A stretch of DNA of 64,000 bases from Bacteroidota bacterium. Lineage in GTDB: Bacteria; Bacteroidota; Rhodothermia; Rhodothermales; UBA10348. The notes under the pieces are model-generated. The model ran no database searches. It was given only the letters and a program-made list of their open reading frames with translations, and was not told where the DNA came from. Both the position numbers and the translations under genes were made by a program. The stretch lies in NCBI GenBank assembly GCA_022567305.1, contig JADFHF010000010.1, forward strand, positions 15,830 through 79,829. Reading direction: 5' to 3'. This document shows, piece by piece, positions 58,946-64,000 of the stretch; position 1 is the stretch's first letter; every line of letters starts with the position of its first letter.

Positions 58946-61900
58946 CTAGACGCCGATTTCGGTGTTAGATCCCATTTCATCGTCGTCGTTCGACTCCACG
59001 AAATGGAAGGGCGGCCATGGACCCGACTTTTCGAATACGATGCCGAGTGCCTTGTATTCTGTAGCGAGTCGCTCAATGCTGTTGCCGAATTGCCGTTCCA
59101 TGGAAATCGGTACCAGGTAGGCGGCATTCATGATCAGAGTGCGACCCTCTTCGTCCGTCTGGTTGGGTACGTCCTTAAATGTACCCTCCGAGGATAACTC
59201 GAGAAACGTATTGTGTGCTCGGTCGATACAGGTTTCGAGCAAGCTCTGTTCGATTCCAGACGTTTCCGAGGAATCGTTGTTACTCAGAATGTTTTTGAGA
59301 ACTTGAGAAACACCACTCGGCATCCCTTCGATAGATTCGTCTATTTGGCGGTCGCTCGCCGAAATCGCGTCTTTCAATTTCTTTGTGTCGCATAAGACGC
59401 GAACCCCGAATTCTGACTTCCCGTGAAGCCGCTCCAACATTTTTTCAAAATGCTGTTGCCGTTCAGTGATCAGCTCCACGATCGCGTGTTCCGAGTCGCA
59501 ACTGATTCCAAATAGAATGGGTACCAGTGTCGCATCCTTTTTAATTTCGAATAGAACAGCGGCATGTCGACGAACCTTGTCCTTGAGCCAGTTCGTATCT
59601 CTCATGCTCTCTTCGATCGCATGCGTCCCAAACGAATGGCTATCTTCCAGACTCACAATCGCACTGAGTTGACCACCGTTCAAAACGAATACTTTGGAAG
59701 AGTCGGTCATTCCGGACAGGATTTCAGTATCGATGATGCCAGCGCTTTCCGCTGACGTGATTCCATACACGTAATAAACCTGGCCTACATCCGGACTTGA
59801 CGAGACCGTAAGGCTGGGTGCGTTCCCCACCGTAGACCCATCCCCCATCGGCGAATCGCTGGCAATTGCGTCTCTCACGTCCGGATCGGTATCCCACGAG
59901 TCCGCATCGCTTTTTTCAAAAGTGAAACTGGGGCCCGGGCCGGCATCTCCTGCATCAGAAGAATCCGTCAAATCATCCGTCGAGCCGGATTCTTCCGAAG
60001 GATGAGCCGATTCGTCTTCTTGTTCCTGACTTGACTCAGTCTCTGATTCAGAACCTTCATCCGGATTCGCTTCGGAATTCGACTCTGATTCTTCATCAGA
60101 ACCGAGATCCGCGAGCGTCTTCCATTCGGATTCAACGCTTTCGGTCGAATTCAATTCTGATTCATGCGGCTCGTCGATCTCCGTCTCAGATGAGACCGTA
60201 TCAGTGTCGGACACCGTACTCTCCCGGGTACTTTTCGAGGTGAGCGTGTTTAGGACATCTGAGAAAAATGCCTGCTCTGCAGACTCATCCCCATCCTTCG
60301 ATCCTGCGGAGAGCGCTTTTAGAGCTTCCTGGAACAGTCGCTCGGTCATTTTCTCACGAACAATTTTACTCGCTGACCGCAATACGGTGTGCTCTGAATC
60401 AATTCGATCGATGACATCCGATGCCGTTGCATCAGCGTCGCTCAAGCAATCAATGGATTGGTTCAATATTTCTGAGATCAACATCTCTTTCAGGCTTTCG
60501 ACTGCTGCCTGAACGGGTTCTGAGTCGTCTGGCAGACGTTCCATAGACTCCCTGGCGACCTCGGACGGAGATCCTAATTGATCCACTCCGGCCTTGGCAA
60601 TTTCTGAGACGAGCATTTCTCTCAGCACGGCAACAACCTGGTCGATCTGGGCCTCATCGTCTCCAATGTGAGCCCGAGCCTCGGTGGCAGCAATGTAATT
60701 GTCACTCAGCTCGTTCAATGCACTCGATGCCGTTTCTTTCAACAGGGTTTCCTTCAAACGGCTCGCGATCGCTCGCATCTGATCGTTTTCATCATCCACA
60801 AAGGAGCGGGCTTTCTCAGATGATTTTTCCACATCGTTCAATCGGCGTTTCGCCTCTTCTGAGACTTCTGAAAGCAATTGGGTCTCCAGTGCATCTGCAG
60901 CCTGTTCTACTTCAGGCAATGAGGGGCGAAGCATCAGTCGAGCCTTTGAAGACGTTACGTGCTTGTCTGCAAGACGCTCTTTTGAGGCCTGAGCGACTTC
61001 TTCAGTCAGGCGCCGTGTTGCCTCGTCAATTGCACGAGCAAAAACGTCGCTGTCTGTCGGAATACTGGAAGCTGCGGCGGATGCAACCTGCTCGACGTCC
61101 TCTAAACGCTCGACCATCAGCGCAGTGATCTTCTCTACCATCTTCTGGTTCGAAGCCAATAAGGCCTTCTGCACGTATTCGCTCTGGGTCTCAAATGCGC
61201 GCTCTACCGAGTCTGCGATCTTGCTGGAATCTGAAAGTTCAGATAGAACACGATTCGAAATCTTTTCTGTTACTTTTTGGCGGACAAGCTCAGATGCCTT
61301 CTTAAAATTTGGATGCTCGTTCGTCACGTACGACATCGCCTCGACGCTCGCTTTATCGGCGTCCGAAAGCTCTGCTAACACGGAGGCGGCGACATCCTGC
61401 AGCACTTTATTGCGCAGCACAGCATTGGCGGCAATCAATACGTCATGGTCATGTTCGATATGCAGCCTTGCTTCACCAACGATCTCTTCGAAGTTATCCA
61501 GACTGTTCAGCGCGTCTTGAGCGACCTTCTCGATCAGCAGTTTTCGAACATGTGAGGATGACTCTTCAAGAAGTGAGGTTTTCTGCATCACTTCTGCAGA
61601 CGCTTCATCGACGAACTCAGACGAGTCGTTTATTTGACGCTCTGTCTGCTGAGCTACCATCTCACGCAACTGCGTTTGCGTTTTCGAAACCGCCTGATCA
61701 AACCAGCTACCCGAACTAACGAATTTAGCGAGTGCAGTGGCCTGCAATTCTTCAACGGTATCGATGGACTCTCGTACTCTGGATTCAATCCGAGAAATCA
61801 GACGATCGTGCCACGTAGCTCTTGCTTCTTCGGTTAATTCAGTCAGCCGATCTTCATCGAATTTCAGGTTCGAGACGACTTCTTCGGTGACGTCATATTC

Positions 61901-63916
61901 AGAATCCGACGATTCGGACAGTCGACGTGTGAGCTCCTGACGAATCCGATTCCGCATGAGCTGTTTACCGAGTTCGATGCCATCTTCCACTTCAATAGGC
62001 GCTGAGTTGGCAATTTCGGCCGCCATTTCTTCAGCATCCAGATTGGCTTTACTCAGTTCAGATTCGATCCTGGTTCTCATTCTGGTAACGAGAATTGGAA
62101 TCGCATCTTCTATACTGTCACCGGTTTCGAGGGGTAACCTGTTTGCGATTTCCTCGGCCATGGCATGGGTATCGAATTCAACACCGGCCAGTTTTTGAGA
62201 GACTTGTTTGCGCGTGCGGGATTCGAGTATCTCCATGGCGCTCTCAATTCGGTCCGAAATCTCGATCGGTGCATCGATCGCCAACTCACGTCCGATAGCA
62301 TCCAGATCCAGTTCAGCCGAATAAATTTTCTCCTTAACGATATCCTTCGTTCGCGCCCGAAGGATCGACATGGCTTCTTCCAAATTGGAATCGATCTCAA
62401 TTTCAATTCTGCGGGCAATCTCCTCAGCCATGGCCTCGGAGCCGACGTCGATAACCGAAAGTTCCTTGACCAAGAGGTCATGCATCCTGGATTTCAAGAT
62501 GGAAGCGGCCGCATCAGCGTCGAAGTCGGCCTGTATGGGCATTTTCTGGGCGACTTCTTCAGAAATCGGCTGAGCATCAATCGAGATCTGCTCGAGCTGA
62601 TCGCGCACATCCTGATAAACTCTGTCCTCGAGAATCGACTGGGCATTTTCAGAATCGAATTCAGGATTTACGTCAATATTGTACGCGAGGTCTTCTGCAA
62701 TCGAATTGGTGTCAATCTTGATTTTGATCAGTTTCTTCTGAATCTCCGCCTGAATTCTGTTGGTCAGGATATTTTCTGCGGTTGCCAAATCGGCCTCGAC
62801 CTCAACGGGCATGCTCTTGGCCACATCTGCTGTTAACTCAGCAGCGTTCAGTTCCAAGCTTTCGAGGTGATTCCGAACTTTCTTTCTGAGCCGAGACTTG
62901 AATAATTCTTCGGCTCCCGAAAGGTCATACTTGCGATTCAATTTCATTGAGGAAGCCACGTCTGCAGCAACGCCCTCACCGTCGATAGATACCTGTTTCA
63001 GTTGCTCGTGGATCTGATCCCGGGTTCTTGAGATTAGGCGGTCGGTTGCGTCTCCTAAATCAACATCCGCATCCAGCTCCATGGACTGGGCGACTTCAGA
63101 CGCAATAGCGGCTGTGTCAAGTTCAATTTCAGACAATTCGCGTTCGATCCTTTCTTTGAGGCGCGCATTGATTACCTCCATAGCCAAGCTGACATCCGAT
63201 ACAACTGTCGTATTGGATGCCAGGTCGTTCACGAGTGACGCGGAATCAATCTCTATCTTTTCAAGTCGCTCAGAGATCTTCTGGTACATTTGCGTCTCAA
63301 TCTCTTTGACAGCGATCTCCAGATCCCGTGAAACGTCAACGTCCGTGTTGGAGAGTACCTCTTGAACAAGATTAGATGTGTCTATCTCTATGTTAGACAG
63401 CTTGTTTGATGCTATTTCTCGCGTTCTACTTTCGAGGATCGAATGGGCCTCTGTAAGATGTTCGTCGATGTTTATTGAAACGGATTCGGCCAATTCTCGA
63501 ACGATGGCACCGGAATCGTCAGCCATTTCAGACAGCTTAGATTCGATGATTTCAACGACGCGTGAATGAACTTCTTGCTCGACGCATGCACCCAGTTCTT
63601 TAAGAGCATCCCCTTCTGAAAGTGCTTTCAGCACGATGGGATTCACCGCCGCTTCGAGTTCGCTGAAAGGCGGCATCACCTGTCGAGCCAGCTGCCCGAG
63701 AATACGTTCACGGAGCTTCTCGGGAATTCCCTTCCCATCTGAATCCAGCTCGATTTCGTCTAAGCGCGTGGCTAGCTCTGCGTCCTCCAGTGACGCGAGC
63801 TCAGTAGTTGCTTGCTTTATGATTGACCGGAAGATTTGTTGTTTAACATTCTCCTTTAAATGGGCAATCTTGTTTTCATCATTTCTGTGAGGCATAGCCT
63901 TGTGATGCCAAAGCAT
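58946..63916 (-). CDS. Giant helical-repeat protein with a C-terminal GvpL/GvpF gas-vesicle domain
   Basis: 1656-aa open frame. The last ~270 aa carry GvpL/F hallmarks: YYVYGI, LSAIVS, DTNWLKDKVRRHAAVL, LVPILFG, LERLHGKSEFGVRV, IMNAAYLV, SGPWPPFHFV. Start is at 63916 or 63895. Confidence 0.85.
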   Translation of the reverse strand: MLWHHKAMPHRNDENKIAHLKENVKQQIFRSIIKQATTELASLEDAELATRLDEIELDSDGKGIPEKLRERILGQLARQVMPPFSELEAAVNPIVLKALSEGDALKELGACVEQEVHSRVVEIIESKLSEMADDSGAIVRELAESVSINIDEHLTEAHSILESRTREIASNKLSNIEIDTSNLVQEVLSNTDVDVSRDLEIAVKEIETQMYQKISERLEKIEIDSASLVNDLASNTTVVSDVSLAMEVINARLKERIERELSEIELDTAAIASEVAQSMELDADVDLGDATDRLISRTRDQIHEQLKQVSIDGEGVAADVASSMKLNRKYDLSGAEELFKSRLRKKVRNHLESLELNAAELTADVAKSMPVEVEADLATAENILTNRIQAEIQKKLIKIKIDTNSIAEDLAYNIDVNPEFDSENAQSILEDRVYQDVRDQLEQISIDAQPISEEVAQKMPIQADFDADAAASILKSRMHDLLVKELSVIDVGSEAMAEEIARRIEIEIDSNLEEAMSILRARTKDIVKEKIYSAELDLDAIGRELAIDAPIEISDRIESAMEILESRTRKQVSQKLAGVEFDTHAMAEEIANRLPLETGDSIEDAIPILVTRMRTRIESELSKANLDAEEMAAEIANSAPIEVEDGIELGKQLMRNRIRQELTRRLSESSDSEYDVTEEVVSNLKFDEDRLTELTEEARATWHDRLISRIESRVRESIDTVEELQATALAKFVSSGSWFDQAVSKTQTQLREMVAQQTERQINDSSEFVDEASAEVMQKTSLLEESSSHVRKLLIEKVAQDALNSLDNFEEIVGEARLHIEHDHDVLIAANAVLRNKVLQDVAASVLAELSDADKASVEAMSYVTNEHPNFKKASELVRQKVTEKISNRVLSELSDSSKIADSVERAFETQSEYVQKALLASNQKMVEKITALMVERLEDVEQVASAAASSIPTDSDVFARAIDEATRRLTEEVAQASKERLADKHVTSSKARLMLRPSLPEVEQAADALETQLLSEVSEEAKRRLNDVEKSSEKARSFVDDENDQMRAIASRLKETLLKETASSALNELSDNYIAATEARAHIGDDEAQIDQVVAVLREMLVSEIAKAGVDQLGSPSEVARESMERLPDDSEPVQAAVESLKEMLISEILNQSIDCLSDADATASDVIDRIDSEHTVLRSASKIVREKMTERLFQEALKALSAGSKDGDESAEQAFFSDVLNTLTSKSTRESTVSDTDTVSSETEIDEPHESELNSTESVESEWKTLADLGSDEESESNSEANPDEGSESETESSQEQEDESAHPSEESGSTDDLTDSSDAGDAGPGPSFTFEKSDADSWDTDPDVRDAIASDSPMGDGSTVGNAPSLTVSSSPDVGQVYYVYGITSAESAGIIDTEILSGMTDSSKVFVLNGGQLSAIVSLEDSHSFGTHAIEESMRDTNWLKDKVRRHAAVLFEIKKDATLVPILFGISCDSEHAIVELITERQQHFEKMLERLHGKSEFGVRVLCDTKKLKDAISASDRQIDESIEGMPSGVSQVLKNILSNNDSSETSGIEQSLLETCIDRAHNTFLELSSEGTFKDVPNQTDEEGRTLIMNAAYLVPISMERQFGNSIERLATEYKALGIVFEKSGPWPPFHFVESNDDDEMGSNTEIGV
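60356..61807 (-). repeat. Protein-level tandem array B: 11 x 44 aa (aa 704-1187)
   Basis: Hand alignment without gaps gives consensus xxLxExVAxxxxxxLSDxxxxAxEAxxxIxxDxxxxxxAxxxLR. Confidence 0.82.
61952..63565 (-). repeat. Protein-level tandem array A: 12 x ~45 aa (aa 118-655)
   Basis: Hand alignment gives consensus SRxRxxIxxxLxxIxIDxxxIAxEIAxxxPIExxxDLExAxxILx; 11 units of 45 aa and one of 43 aa; no obvious DNA-level repeat. Confidence 0.85.
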
Positions 63917-64000
63917 CGTTTTGTCTTACAGATTATTCCGAGCTATGCGAATACCATGATTGTGCCTCATTCAAAATCATTCACGGAAGAGATGACTCAT

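Noticed and set aside
60356-63565. Giant protein read as an SMC/tape-measure coiled coil or a secreted adhesin
   Set aside because: It has no ATPase motifs, signal peptide, TM segment or phage context, and the repeats have regular helix breaks rather than continuous heptads.
1-64000. tRNA, rRNA, transposase, integrase or prophage genes
   Set aside because: None were recognisable by eye, and intergenic gaps are short. A covariance-model scan would be needed to exclude small ncRNAs.

Overview
This is a gene-dense chromosomal window from an FCB-superphylum bacterium. Rhodothermales-like is my inference, from gene order, sigma70-type promoters with SD sequences, and long acidic extensions on NusA, IF2 and S1. 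Most of it is housekeeping: the rimP-nusA-infB-rbfA-truB-ribF-rpsO-pnp operon, nadB, prfB with its programmed +1 frameshift, cmk-rpsA, a methylmalonyl-CoA mutase operon with meaB, gltX, an ECF sigma/zinc anti-sigma pair, three parvulin/SurA-like foldases plus a MoxR ATPase, hutF, fbp-thrB-thrC, a cysteine desulfurase, murA, copA/copZ, purC, moaD/E and a LolC/E-type permease. I saw no rRNA, tRNA, CRISPR array or mobile element. The standout is the 1656-aa ORF at the right edge (58946-63916, minus strand). It carries about 12 tandem 45-aa helical repeats, then 11 tandem 44-aa repeats, an acidic linker and a C-terminal gas-vesicle GvpL/GvpF domain, and no other gvp gene is in view. Secondary points of interest are a ppk2 / porin / double-ATP-cone kinase cluster, tandem terminator-like hairpins in the rimP leader, 24-bp coding minisatellites in nusA and rpsA, and a candidate ECF autoregulatory promoter. 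All family calls come from motif recognition by eye; no searches were run.
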